Positions 12,681 to 25,515 are shown, counted from the first letter of the stretch. The stretch: 64,000 nucleotides of DNA from Lepidodermella squamata (GCA_047495785.1 JBLDXI010000054.1:3472001-3536000); one strand, 5' to 3'. The notes: a model not told the origin generated them from the letters alone. Translations and numbers: made by a program.

Positions 12681-13144
12681 TTCAACAGGAAATAAAAAGT
12701 CTAGTTCTGAAAATATTATCAATTGCAGAGGCCAATATTCGAAAGTATTTTTCAGGGGTTTGAATGATAAGATGAGTAACATGAAATGAATAAGATAGCA
12801 GTTAGATCTCGCTATCTCGCATTTGAAACAATTAAAATTAGTTGTGATCGTGAGCAACCAACATAAATCTACGCACTACAGCGGGCGCTGACATATAACA
12901 GTGCTTAAAACATTCTGTGTCTTGTGAACGTCCATCAATCACTGATCCTCCTGTTGGGATGTTCGCCCTAGATTGACGTCGTAAGGCAATTCAATTTAAT
13001 ATACACAATTTAGTTTATTATAGTGCCATTAAGTTTATGATGTTTACAATGATGTCGGCTATATAATTATAACCTTGTAAATAAATTGTATCCTTCTCCA
13101 AAATTATTGAGTGGACTTTCACAAGTGCAAACGTACATTTTATA

Positions 13145-13278
13145 TACCTCCTTATTTCCTATTACGGCTGTTGTAAAACTCTGTGGTGTGAAATACACAT
13201 GAAGTAGATGAAGCATCTACTTCATTTATACTACACAGCGACGTGCGAAAACGCGGTGTTGATAAGGAATAAGAGGTG
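13145..13278. repeat. Degenerate inverted repeat / MITE-like element with a perfect central hairpin
   Basis: ATGAAGTAGATG-aag-CATCTACTTCAT at 13199-13225. Outer arms cctccttatttcctatt and gataaggaataagagg are imperfect reverse complements. Confidence 0.6.
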
Positions 13279-13360
13279 CACGCATTCTATCTTCTATCTT
13301 AAACGTCACCCTCTACATGGGCATTAGAGGCGCCCTATTCCAAATTCGGTTATTTCAACG

Positions 13361-14340
13361 ATTTTCAAGGAGGCATGTTCTTCTCCTCTCAAACGCTTCC
13401 AACTTCAAAGAAAGGACAGAAAAGGAAACCGAAACGGTGAAAGAAATTGACGAAGATAACGATGGTTAGAAGTTGAGAGAAAAATTATCAAAATCATTCC
13501 TGATCTGAAGAAAAGTCATTTCAAATCCCCCGAATGGGCAAAGCGAAAGCCGTAGTGGCTGGTGTACCAACGCCCAGTCCGCGGCCTATACACATTGCTC
13601 ATCAACCCATCTATGAGCTTATGGCACACCCGGGGGCGTTGTCCGGTTGGACCCCACCCCGCCCACATTGGGGGCCACAGGGAACTAGGTAGTTGCCGCG
13701 AGATGCGAGATGGAGGTGGGCGGCACACTCCACTGTGTCCTCTGAACTCGGCCAGATGTCCGAAACCCACCTGCTCTGATCAAAGAACTTTCACTGGTTA
13801 GTTGGTTATCACTAATTCAATTACTTAGTTTCCTTCACCATGATTATATATGATGCCTCACGTGCTGATATTAGTGCATCTCTGGCCCCGAGAGCGGCCT
13901 CGGCCGGAAGGGGCGCGGTCTTTTGTATTGTCGGCCGGTATAAATAAAATCTATAACTTGCGCATTGCTGGCCCCAAGGCCCAGGGCAATCCGCAGAAAA
14001 TAACTGAGAAGTCGAAGATAGTCGAAAACATCCATGAAGAGGAGAAATTCGCTAAAGTTCGCCCTTGGCTGTCAGACCAAAACCGCCTGTTGCAAAAATC
14101 CGTTTGTGACTAAACATCAAAGCGAAGACTGTCAGGTCTGCGATTATTTCCAAATCCGACGGAATCGTATCAGGCTGAATAAAGACGGGGTAATCGTTTT
14201 TCAAGGAGGCATGGACAGTGACAAAGGCCTCTTCCACTTCCAACCTCTAACATCTCTCCTCTCTATCCTTCCAAAACTTCTAACTTCAAACTTCAACAGA
14301 AAGGACAGAAAAAGGAAGCCAAAAACAGCGAAGGAAAAAC
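13361..14340 (+). repeat. Two diverged copies of a short interspersed repeat fragment (about 13361-13446 and 14199-14340)
   Basis: Both share tttcaaggaggcatg...ctcctctc...aacttcaa...agaaaggacagaaaa(a)ggaa(a/g)cc; the second copy has insertions. Confidence 0.6.
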
Positions 14341-15679
14341 TCACCTTGCTGAGCCAAATACAAAGCTTCTTATTTGCTATTAATTTTGTTATTAAGGTAT
14401 TTCACCAGAAACCTACGTATTAGCGTGAACATAAAACTTTAAAAATTCCCGCGGTTTTCTTCCTTCAACCTTTTTGAACTTCGAATTTGAACTTCGAACT
14501 TCAGTTAGCTGTCATGCCCAGTCGACGATCTACGCGCCGCCACCTGAAATCTGAAATGGCCCACTCTCGCTGGAAGAAGGCACGTACACGGACCAAGTTC
14601 GGTTTCCAGTGCCTCAATGTCGAAGCACCAGTCGAGCTAATCGAGCTCTTCAAGCCGAAAATGTGAACTCTGCAGTTCCGCTATCGGCAGCCTCAAGGCC
14701 ACGCAGTCGGACAGTATCACCGAGTATCACCCAAGATCGAACATTCCGCATTCGTGGCTCAAAGGCCTGGAGTAAGACCCACCCCTTCATTCGTAAGCTC
14801 AAAGCTCACTAGCTCGAAAGCCTGTCGCAAAGCCGCCTACCCGCAGCAGTAGGCAATTCTTCATCGAGCTGGTGTCTGAATGGGCCAAATAGATCATAGC
14901 TCTATTTTTATAATTTACTTTTGTATCCTATAGTGCCACACTGCGCCTAACACCGAATTATCGGTGACAGGATCTCTAACTCTTCAACCCAAGACCCAAG
15001 CCCTGTCAAATCACCAGAATTGGTGCCAGGGTCTAACATCCATCCAGCTAAAAAAAATCTCCACCGCTGGATTCGACAGGCCACTGGCCACGTTTTCTCC
15101 TTTGTCCTTTGAGCACCAGTCGCGTTTAACTACGTTCGTGTCGTTGCTCTCGATCATCGCCTCTTCGACAAACTTTGTTTGGCATTGTGATACCTGTACA
15201 AGGCAGGCATGACGTGACTCATTCAACCTTCAACCCAAAAAGTAGCTTGAAATTTACCTGTAAAGAAGCGTATCTTATTTACAGAATCAAGGGTTTACTG
15301 CACCGCTTATAGTCACCGGTCATACCTTGTAAGTTGATGTACTCAGTTATAATAACTTGTCCCAGATCCAAGACCATGGTTTCACCATCCCTCTATCATT
15401 ATATCCGTCTCATTATTCATCATTGACGAGGATATGGCGCTCGGACTTCGAGCGGTATTCTTGATTCCTAGCCTTCTTCTTTATTTAATTTTGTTGGTAC
15501 AAATGAGACAAAATTGATGCGCAGATATTGGCGGACATTATCGATTTCTAAGATATTGTGATTACAGCATGATAAAGACCAAAATTCTCAGCCGTTTGTC
15601 TCAACAAAATTGAGTGAAGAAGGCTTGTAGTTGTAATATGTTGGTCTTATTTTATTCTATTTTGATTCAACTCTAGAAA

Positions 15680-16900
15680 ATGAACAATTCAGCGTTGACA
15701 CTGAATGAAACTCCGTCTTTTCCTGACAAAAATTCTGACGAGAGTGATGACAATCTGTCAAGTAATACTCTTACCCATCTGGAGTTACCCGTCGAAGATA
15801 TGCCTGCTTACAACGCGGATACATCGATAGCGCCGTCAGTTGCTGACACTATTTCCGATAAACTTAGCACCGGAGCCATCACAGACGACAAACCATATTT
15901 CGATTTCTTCACCGTTGGTGACGAAGTGGAGGATGAAGATGCTTTGAGTCGGAGGAAAATGCTTTTTGAGCAACACAAAGAGCGATTGTCCAATAAACCA
16001 CTGGCTAAGAATCAAAACTATGCCACAAAAAATTTGGCTGCGCGTTTCGCCAAAATGGATGTTAAAGTCAAATCGGACACAGGCGAAAATTTAACAAGAA
16101 AGACGTGTCCAGATTCCAAGAATCATAAAGAAGTGAGCCAACTGAAAAGTTCAGCGAAAAAGATAGATGTAGCAGCACCCCCAAGTGGGCGCAGTCGCAA
16201 TTTTCGTAACACTGGTCTCTTGAAAGCCCCGGTGCCGAAAAGACCGGTAAAGGCGAAGTCAGCCAAATCTACCAAACAACCAGTGCCAGATGAAATGGTA
16301 ATATCTCTGCAAAGCAAGCTGGCTTTTGAAACGGCGAGGAATCGGGAGTTGAATTCGGAGCTGGAAAAGTGCCAGCAGCACATGCGTGAAGCGGCGATAG
16401 CGTATGCTGATCTTGGAAAATTGGCAGTTATGGAAAGGCAGAGAGCTGAAAATTCAGAGGCCGAATTGAAAAAAGCCACCAAACGCATAAAAGAGTTGGA
16501 GAGAGCACTTGAAAATGAAAGAAGTCAGCGAACGTTGGCTAATTTCTGTGACGCTGCTATTACAAGTTTTGTGGATGATGATACATCTAGCGGCGAACCT
16601 TTGGATAAAATTGAATCTTCGCTTAAGCATGTGTTGGGTGAGGTCGCCAAGTTTCGCCAGCGCAACCGTGCAGATTTCGAAAATGTCTCCCCATCTAATT
16701 TGCGGCCGCAAGAAACTGAAGCTAATCGGAAATCATTTACAGGGAACAGCCTATTTTCGAAGAGTCGCAATGGTGAAAATATTCAGCAGCAACGTAATCG
16801 GAATTCATTGACATCTAACCAAGCTGATGGTGATCGCGGCCAGGAATTGCGACGAATGATACAACACCTCATTTCAAAGAAACAACCGTTTAGGCCATGA
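15680..16900 (+). CDS. Uncharacterised coiled-coil protein (406 aa ORF)
   Basis: Long ORF directly after an acceptor-like ctctag. Acidic and basic disordered N-half followed by a heptad-like region (LQSKLAFETARNRELNSELEK...IKELERALENER). Confidence 0.7.
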   Translation: MNNSALTLNETPSFPDKNSDESDDNLSSNTLTHLELPVEDMPAYNADTSIAPSVADTISDKLSTGAITDDKPYFDFFTVGDEVEDEDALSRRKMLFEQHKERLSNKPLAKNQNYATKNLAARFAKMDVKVKSDTGENLTRKTCPDSKNHKEVSQLKSSAKKIDVAAPPSGRSRNFRNTGLLKAPVPKRPVKAKSAKSTKQPVPDEMVISLQSKLAFETARNRELNSELEKCQQHMREAAIAYADLGKLAVMERQRAENSEAELKKATKRIKELERALENERSQRTLANFCDAAITSFVDDDTSSGEPLDKIESSLKHVLGEVAKFRQRNRADFENVSPSNLRPQETEANRKSFTGNSLFSKSRNGENIQQQRNRNSLTSNQADGDRGQELRRMIQHLISKKQPFRP

Positions 16901-18267
16901 ATGTAATGATTGTTTTGCTCGCACTTTACTCATATTGTTTACCTTCACCTTGCAACCCATTGTTCAAATGATTAAATTTTGCACTTTAAAAGGAAAATAA
17001 AAGTTATCAGATTTAATTCATGTGTTATTTTTGACGACTTGGAAAAGTTAGCAGCCGACGAAGGTCTCAATAAGAACCTTCTAATACATTTTTGGATATT
17101 TCTAGGGTTTCCATCTGGAGTGCCACACAGAAATCTTGAAGCTTGAAAGTAGACTTTTTGGACCAGAAGAGTTGCTACACACGTAATATCCGCCTTCAAT
17201 TTATACATAACTAGCGATTTTATGAAATTGATTTGAAGATATTTGGAAGACTAGATCCTTTTAGGGGTCGCGAACTATTTATTCGAGGAATTTGCGGCAT
17301 TGAATTCTTATAGGGAAACTTACTAAATTTATCAAAACCGCTAAATGCAGCCATCTGAGAAACAAATATGTAAAAATACTGTTTTTTCCACTTTTTTCGA
17401 TCAGGGGCCATATAGCAATCAAGCCATCCACAATTTTTGAAGCACTACTACTTCAAAGGGTGGATTGTGGGTCAAAGCCTTCTCAACTTGAGCTTTGAAT
17501 GGCAAGCACGTGCCAAGATTGAAAGCCATCTAAGGATATGAAAAACAAGCTAATGATGTATTGACCACTCCTATATGCGTGAAGCCGGATCTTTGCGTAC
17601 CTACCTGGTCCTTAGTGATAATATATGTTGTTATTTATTGTATACCCATGATGCGTGCAAATTTTACGTCACAGTACCTGTAGTAGGTATTCGTCAAATT
17701 GTATATATACTGTGATACTGGCTTACATCTTCTCATACATTGCCGCATTTTTCCTCCGCCGCTTGGCATTTTATTTTGCATCCGCGCGCGCGCGAGTGAC
17801 AAACAAACAACAAACTGATGCACATGTATGCAGGCAAGGGGACTCGCACGTATACGGCATTAATAAAAAAGCGAGTCACCGCAGTCTTGGTCAACGTGCG
17901 CCTACTCTTGTTATTTACCGCTTGATTGTAAATGCCGCATATAAGCCAATGCTTTAGAGGGTGTGTATTTGCGGTACCTTGTAGCTAAGCGATCGATCTT
18001 TTCGCCATATTTTCCATGTCAAACACATCCACAGCTTAAACTTATACCTAGCCATTGGCGATTTGCCACTCTTCAAATATACAAACAACAAAGAGTAGCA
18101 ACTCAGCTGCATTCCGCATTTTAGCCACACCATAATAACACATCATAATTATATCGCGAGGTCATAGCATAATTTAATGTTGCCAATGGCATAATATATT
18201 TTTGGCATATCAATTACCTTTGGCCTGCAATTGAAATAATTTTTAGGCTGCTAAATTTCAAATAATC

Positions 18268-18826
18268 ATGATTAAAATTAATATATCGGCAGCGCATGCA
18301 TGGAGAATATACAGTTGCGTGACGTCTTTCATGCTTTTCGCTGGAACCCTCGTGCTACTCAGCATTCCCTACTGGTGGTGGGATCCGAAGAATCCGCAAC
18401 ACAGTACCGATATTTGGCATGGCGAAGAAGCGGTTCAAGGTACTTGAAGCTACTGATCGCGCTTCAAAATTAATTTTTGTCATAAATTCAGAGGTTGTCA
18501 AGGCCAGTAGAGCTATGGAGATGATCGCCCTAATCCTATTCTTCGCAGCTTTCTTCACCAGCTTTTTCAGCACATCCTTCGCGGCTTTCCTCATCTTAGT
18601 CGGAGGTGACATCATTCTTTTTCGATTAACAATATGTGTGTTAACTTTTCTTCTATTTTTTTCAGGAGTATGTAATGGCATTGGACCGACAATTTTTCTA
18701 GCGATCACCAAAACACCTTTTGGGCCGTGCCATGCTATTTCTTACGTGTGCTGCCTCGGCGCAATCGTCTACACAATAGTCTATATCGTTAAATACTGCC
18801 AGAGAACGATTTACGAAGTCAAATAA
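18268..18826 (+). CDS. Small four-TM PMP22/claudin-superfamily-like protein (148 aa, 3 exons)
   Basis: Exons 18268-18439, 18492-18605 and 18666-18826 join in frame via GT-AG introns. Four hydrophobic segments, PYW after TM1 and ASRAM before TM2, as in claudin-like proteins. Confidence 0.65.
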
Positions 18827-19295
18827 ATAACTGACTTTCATCCATTTGTTGCGTGGAATGGGAGGAAAAAAAATATTTGAAGTCAAATAAAAATCGGATT
18901 CAAATTTTTATGCCTCGTCTAACGAGCTCCGATGCACTATACACCAATATAAGAACATGTTTTATTGTTTTGTTCATCTCAAAACTTGATCAATTAATTT
19001 TTCATTTCAATCTTCTTAAAATTGAGTATTCACAAATAAAACTGCGAAGATATAAAATGTTCGTTACAAAACAAAGCGAGACTTTTGCATGCATGATAAA
19101 ATATTAAAATAGCAGTTTTTGCTCTTCTATTTTTTCAGGGGCACAAAGGATTGAGTCGATACAAAGAGGTTTACACTATCAATAATTTTGCATAATGAGA
19201 TGTGCGGTAACAATAGGTAAATTGGGTTTACGAAAGAAGAAAAATATGCATGAATAATTTAGCAGGAAATTATGGTTGCGAATGAGGTCAAATGC

Positions 19296-22200
19296 CTAAG
19301 CCGTTGGCATATGTAAACACGGAAATTCACGTGCAGGGTGAGGGCCATCGCGAGACAGAAACGCAGCAGACATTACTGCTTCGCTGGCTTTGGACTTCAA
19401 TAGCAAATCATGCGCGTCATCATCTCCGTCCCTGCTCTTCGATTGCCTTGATTTTGGCAGGTACTTGGTTACGAAAGTCGACTGCCTGCTCAAAGACTCG
19501 ACTGGGTTCGTGTTCTGAGAAGCGTTGATTCGATAATCTTGAGGAAGCGAAAAGGATTTCAAGGCTAAGCGCCACGAATGCTCGACTTGACGTAGTAAGG
19601 CTTCGGTTGTGGCGGGAGAAATCAGCCCGCATGAAACAAGCGCGCCGCCATGATACATCTAAACAGAAGAAAAGTCATCATAATCACGATTAATTCGGAC
19701 GCGCCGCTAGTGTAACGGTATCATACAAGATTCCCATTCTTGTGACCCGGGTTCGACTCCCGGGCGGCGCAAAACTAAATTTTTTTTTGATAAACGCCTT
19801 GTTCACCGATCAAACAAAAACATTGCACCCCCGGCGGGACTCGAACCCGCAATCTTCGGCTTAGGAGGCCGACGCCTTGCCATTAGGCCACAAGGGCGCT
19901 CTGAAACCACTACATTCTGATAATATTTTGATTTTTTATGCTTACCAAGGTCATGCCGCGTCGAACATTATGCCGCCGAATTAGCAGAGGAACTCGACGG
20001 GCGCTTGACGATGGCAGTAGTTGTGAGGGCGGATTGTAATTGATGGAAGCTGAAACCGCAGCGGCAAGATCGTATCGCACCAATCGGAACCGATCTGAAA
20101 TCGAATCCACGCAAGGCCTAGGTCGATAGATAGATATCGTACCATACAAATCGTCCAACATCGCTTCAACCTCATCAGCTTCGCACGGCTTAGCCGCGCA
20201 TTTAACAGAATTAACATGCCTAGAGACCATAAACAGGTATTAGCAAATATAATTGGCCGAGAAGTTATATCTTACGCTGCGCTGTCGACGATTTGAAGGA
20301 CAATCATTTGATTTTGAGGTGCGAATTTCGTCAAAAATAAATCGATTTCCGCGTCTGTGACAATCGGCGCTTTTTGCCTGCTGCAATGGCAGAACTTATG
20401 TTGCGGACTTGACGAATCCAACCCGCCCGTCATATGCCGCCTCAGTGAGGCAGGGCACACTCCAATCAAATGGAATTCTGTTAACGGTGAATTCGCCGGT
20501 ATTTTAAGCGGCGGTTCTGCAGGAACTTGCGGCTGGGGTGGAGATGGCGATCGGGCAGGCGAGGCTGGTCTTTGAACAGCAGACGACTTCATCTTCTCCA
20601 ACTGGCTGTGCCGACCAGACTCGGAGGCAATTGACTGCGTTCTGCTCGTAATCTTTGCAGTATCAAGGAGAGCCATAGAAGGAGCTCGAGATAGTTTTTC
20701 CTTCACTGGGGGAGCCTCAAGTGGTGGCGGGGTTGAAGCCGTAGGATGCGAATCGGGGGCTTTCGGCTCTGAGCTTTGCGCGCGTTTCGATTTACGTTTT
20801 TTCAACGTCTCGTCATTTTCAACAGCCGACAAGTTTTGCTCATCATCTGAAAGACTGTGAACTGTGGCAGAATGAGTCATGCGCTTAGCAGATCGCCGAT
20901 TAAATATCCTTGCTGGAGGATGTTCATTTGCCAATTTTCGAATTTCCGTCACCCCCAACCATAAGCAGTAGTGGCTCAGCCAAGATTCAACGATATATCC
21001 GACCTTATTTCGTAGCCGTTTCAGTTGAGCAGAGGCATCCGAAACATATGAACTATCGATAAATCCCAGCTTTTTCGCGATCTGCTCTGATTTCGACAAG
21101 CTAGCTTGCCTCGCAGTGTTGTTGCCGAATGATCGCCCTTGCGATGGAAATGACTTCATCTTCGGTGCAGTCTTGATCAACTCCTGCGCACTTTTGCTTT
21201 GGAAGTTAATGTCAGTCGTTTGAAGGTGTTTAACTTCAGGCGAGGGCACTGGCGTGCTCAGGTTAAAGCCCAACGCGAATTTGAACGATTCTGAAGTCGA
21301 TTGATTCGAGAAGGTTAGACTCATACGATCGGGGGAATGCACAATAAGCGTCATGTGATCATTGATTTCAAACGTGATTGCCGACTTCAGACGCCTAGAG
21401 ACCCAATTAGGATGAGATTCGACGTTGACTTCTGCAGTAATGATAGTCAAATTTTTGCGGTCTGCATATAGTCTTTTGTCATATTTCGGTGCATATGCGA
21501 ACAAACTCAGCGGAGTAGCGACTAGGATTATGTCGCTCACTGCAGTGTGGTCAAAGGCAAGCGTTGTAGTATGCGTGGGCGAAGGAAAAGATTTTGAGAG
21601 GTAGCAGGACTGGATAACTGCAGGTTTGCCATTAGGATAACTAACACATTAAAATATAAGTTGATCATTCTCCCTGAGACTTGAATGAATAACTTACTAA
21701 GCGGAATAACTGCCGTCAGGTAACGCAGACAAAAATATACTCCGTTTGTAAGCTGGAGAATCGGGGACGAATCGAGGGATTTTTCCTTGAAGAGCATCGT
21801 GAAGGTGAAATCCTTGGTTCTGAAGCGCGTTATTGAGAGATGAAAGAACATTGAAGGCGCTGGTTATTGATGTACTTGGCTCAGTTGGGCAAGCGACGAT
21901 TGTGCTAGCACGAGTGGGAGCAGCAGTTGCAACTCGCGTTTGCTTTGCCGTAATTGGTCGATTGTTCATAGCAGAATTTGATGGCGCGGAGGGAGTAGAT
22001 GCTGACAGATTCGAGGTCGAGGTTGGAATCGCTGCAGATTTCGATCGAGACATCAACATTGATCGACGATCGCCGTAGCAAATAACTCTACAGGCATATA
22101 TCCTACCGGTTTCACTCCATCTTTTTTCTTCAGCCTCCCTGTGAAGGTCAAATAGCTATTACAAGGATTATAAAGCATGGTGATGAGACTAACCGGCGGC

Positions 22201-24089
22201 GGATCATTTCTCCAAATAGCTCTATAGATCGCTTTAAGAACGCGACACTTTTCACTAGTTCGACAGGATTAGGTATGGAAACATTTTCCCGAGCTGACTT
22301 TCGCCCGCTAACAACATCCGCAACAGTTTCAGGTGATTTTTCAATGCTGATCAATCCAGCTCCGTTAATCGATGTGGTCATTATTGGTTGACTGCATTTT
22401 TCAGCAGCCTCTCTTTCTCTTTGACGCGCCGTTGATGACCAGAGAAACTGAACTTTAGGAACTGCATACCTATCAGCTACCTTGGAATGAGCGTTTTCAT
22501 CTACAAACCAAAATAAGCATTCAACTGCAATTAGAACTTCATTCTCGATTACAACGCATTACAATTTGCTATAAGCCGTAAAACACTAACAATAATATTT
22601 CCATTTGAGTATAAAAGCCAAAAACAAATACAAAATCACTCGAATCGCATGTAAGTAATTCAAGTTACCCTTCTTTTTCCGTGAAGAATTAAGAGTGTGG
22701 AGAACTGTCAAGTGGTACGAAATGTTAGTAATCGTTGTTAGAATTAGCTCTTTTGAACGAAGGCAAATATCATCGTTGTGCAAATAACTGTTAATTCATT
22801 TCCATCAAACCACAGCTCACTGATGAAATGGGGAAAACCGACTAACCTGAAGCTTCACTGATTTTGTCAGCGAATGGGGAAGATACTAACGCAACAATTT
22901 GTCAATTAGCAATTAAAACGCAAGTAATAAATCTAATTTTGTTTTGCAGTATTTATCAAGCATTAATTACCTTTCCGCTTCATTTTTTGATGTTTCGCAG
23001 CTTGCCCATCTGGTCCATGAGAGGCGGCAGTCACCGAAGATCTCTCACTTCGAGATAATGACGTCGCGGAGCCTAAACGAGCTCTGAAAGCCTGCTGCTG
23101 ATTATTGAACAATGTGGATGAAGATCCGCCAGTTGTAGATGCTCCAAAGCCTTTTGCGAATCCCGAGGCAGCAACTGAAGCTGCCGCCTCTTGTTCATTG
23201 CTGTTAGTTTTTAGCTTCGCTAAATATCTCTCCTGGTATTTTTGAGATTGCCATCTGTAATAAACCACAGACGCATTCTCGGTGAATTCCTCATATTCTA
23301 GCTGTAGGAAGTGAATGAGTCTCGGATGTAGCTTTGCACCATTGCCACCATTAGATGACATCCATTGGTAACCGTAGAGATACATCGACAGCTCATGCAA
23401 CAACTTGAAGGAGTCCCATCGAAATTTGTCGAAGACATATCTAATGACATGTAAATTAAGGAGATTAGCTTGGAGATAACTGTAACATGCAGCCGTGCAA
23501 GAAAATTACATCTTTTGAAATGGTGTTCAACATTTAAAAAGATTTAATTTATCATGAGATCAGTAACATATGGACGATAACAGGCTATACTAATCAGAGC
23601 TTTACCGCCGCTTTTCAGGTGTATAGTTATAGGTAGACCTTATTAACATTATGAATAGCAATAAAAATATTTAGATCTTGAAAATTTGCTTGAGAAAAAT
23701 TATATAAACATGTCGTCCTCGAAACAAACTTTAGAGGCTGTTCATCAGGGTTCCAAGTGCTAGCAAACACAGGAACGGGCGACGCATTCTTCACATCAGG
23801 TTCTGCTGATTCTAATTCTAAAAGAATATTTTTGTTGAAAATTGAAAGAGACCTCATGCTAAGCTTACCAGGCGAGAACAACTTCAAAGGACCATCGTCA
23901 GCATGATGATTCTCGCGGTGTTTTTGAACTGCGTGAAGCTTCTTGGCCAGTGAGACAACCAATTCAGCCGAGTGGTGATTCTCCGCTGAGGAATTCGCCT
24001 GTGTGAAAAAGAAGCAGTCATTGCTGACGTCCATTATTGCGCAGCTCCCTGAAGAAAGTCTAGCCGAGTCTACCCATTTAAGCGGCCTA
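19296..24089 (-). CDS. C3orf20 / FAM194-domain-like protein, multi-exon; 5' end uncertain (possibly to about 24189)
   Basis: Chain of minus-strand exons with GT-AG boundaries. LPDGSYSA|YFSNGKPAV resembles the FAM194 domain, and C-terminal LLIRRHNVRRGMTL|MYHGGALVSCG...LPQDY resembles C3orf20-type proteins (recognised from memory). Confidence 0.6.
19701..19771 (+). tRNA. tRNA-Gly (CCC)
   Basis: GCGCCGC...CAAGA-TTCCCAT-TCTTG anticodon arm, GGTTCGACTCC T-arm, GCGGCGC-A acceptor; followed by a T-run. Confidence 0.97.
19780..19788 (+). terminator. RNA polymerase III oligo-T terminator of tRNA-Gly
   Basis: T-run a few nt downstream of the tRNA 3' end. Confidence 0.7.
19826..19897 (-). tRNA. tRNA-Arg (CCT)
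   Basis: Reverse complement GCCCTTGTGGCCTAATGGCAAGGCGTCGGCCTCCTAAGCCGAAGATTGCGGGTTCGAGTCCCGCCGGGGGTG folds as a cloverleaf with CCT anticodon. Confidence 0.95.
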
Positions 24090-24302
24090 GATAATTGAAG
24101 ATTCAATCAATTAGAAAAAGAACCCAGAGAGTGAAAGTGATGCAGCAACGAATGATCCGTTGAAAATGCTTACATTCAGCCTCAGTCATATAATAAAGCA
24201 ATTATGTATGTACACATCGTGAACTGGAACGCGGTATTCGGTTGAGTACACAGTTTCCTGTTGACGCAGAAAGGCATAAACAATCGCACGTGGGGTGACA
24301 AC

Positions 24303-24316
24303 GTTGCCATAGAAAA
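24303..24316. promoter_or_regulatory. RFX X-box-like motif upstream of the C3orf20-like gene
   Basis: GTTGCCATAGAAAA, one mismatch from the GTTGCC-AT-RGNAAC consensus. Confidence 0.45.
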
Positions 24317-24499
24317 TTCCAAATTGATTTTTCATTTATTTTTTAGTTGATTAAATATAACATTTTTACGACAATATATTAAATTATGAATGAAATGTGT
24401 TCTATTTGGCGGGGTTTAAACGAACTTCTCTCGCCAGCTCTCAAAAAAGCGATCGCGGAATCGCGGGGAATAACCTCGAATTAAAGAAAATGTGATGTT

Positions 24500-25090
24500 G
24501 ATGGTGTCAGGGAAGGTATCGGGTGGTAGATCGTTCCTTGTTTGGCCTTGACCACCACTTCGTCGATATTTATTAAGCACGCCAAATCTGCTGTGAATGT
24601 GATACCAATATATCGAGCCTCATTTACGACAGGCAGCTCGGCTGCGCCGATTAAAAGGTCGATCCCACGAGCCAAAATACAACACATGACATTTATGCGG
24701 TAGTATCCATAGCCGACCAAAGTTCCTACCACACGCAGCGATCTTTGCACCTTGGAGATCGCCATATCCTGAGCCATCTCGTGGGCAAAGTTCCACTAAT
24801 TTGGCAATTGAAGGCAGCAATGACACCGGTCCGTAGCCGTTAGGCGAGCTCAGATATTTTCCATGTCTCCGGCACTATCATCGGCACTATCACAGCGCAC
24901 AGCGCTTTTCCAGCTGGGCGGAACGTATCCATATGATTAGGACATGTTTTACATGCGCCTCAGGTGCCACCACAGCTGAGTTCCTCCCTGCTTGATCAGA
25001 ATACTTTGAATACCATCGTGCCCTTGCGCTCTCAATTTTAATTTGCGAACAGCGAGTTTGAATTCTTTCTTAGATATCTTGACGCTTTTT
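24500..25090 (-). mobile_element. Decayed non-LTR retrotransposon (LINE) reverse transcriptase relic
   Basis: Fragments ISKKEFKLAVRKLKLRAQGHDGI (KAPGxDG-like), YGPVSLLPSIAKLVE (YRPISLL-like) and ARYIGITFTADL (KYLG-like), with frameshifts and a large internal deletion. Confidence 0.7.
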
Positions 25091-25515
25091 CCAAGCCCCA
25101 AGCCATTTCAGGTCACCACATTCGAGCGGTTTCAGTTTGTCTTCATTCTCTTTGTATAGTTTTCAACAGACTCGACATCGTCACTCTTTGCGAGCGTCTT
25201 TTATAGATGACTTGCTAATAGCTTTGCCTGTTCACTTTCTTCAACGGCCAGATTTTCTTCAGGTTTTGCACGCAGCCTTAATTGACCTAACGCACTTTCA
25301 GACGGAGTCGGAAGTAATTTCATGGAAAAGGCGCTTACATTTAATCCACAGTTTGCCACGCGATTTAGCTGTTTCGAGCTAAAATGTAGATGATTAACGA
25401 GCACTAAGTAGAAATATCAGACTATGTTGAAATATTAGACCAATATTTCAGGCTAATACAAATATACAGTTTAATATAACCAACATTATTTGCCGCTTAG
25501 AAAATTATTTGAAAG

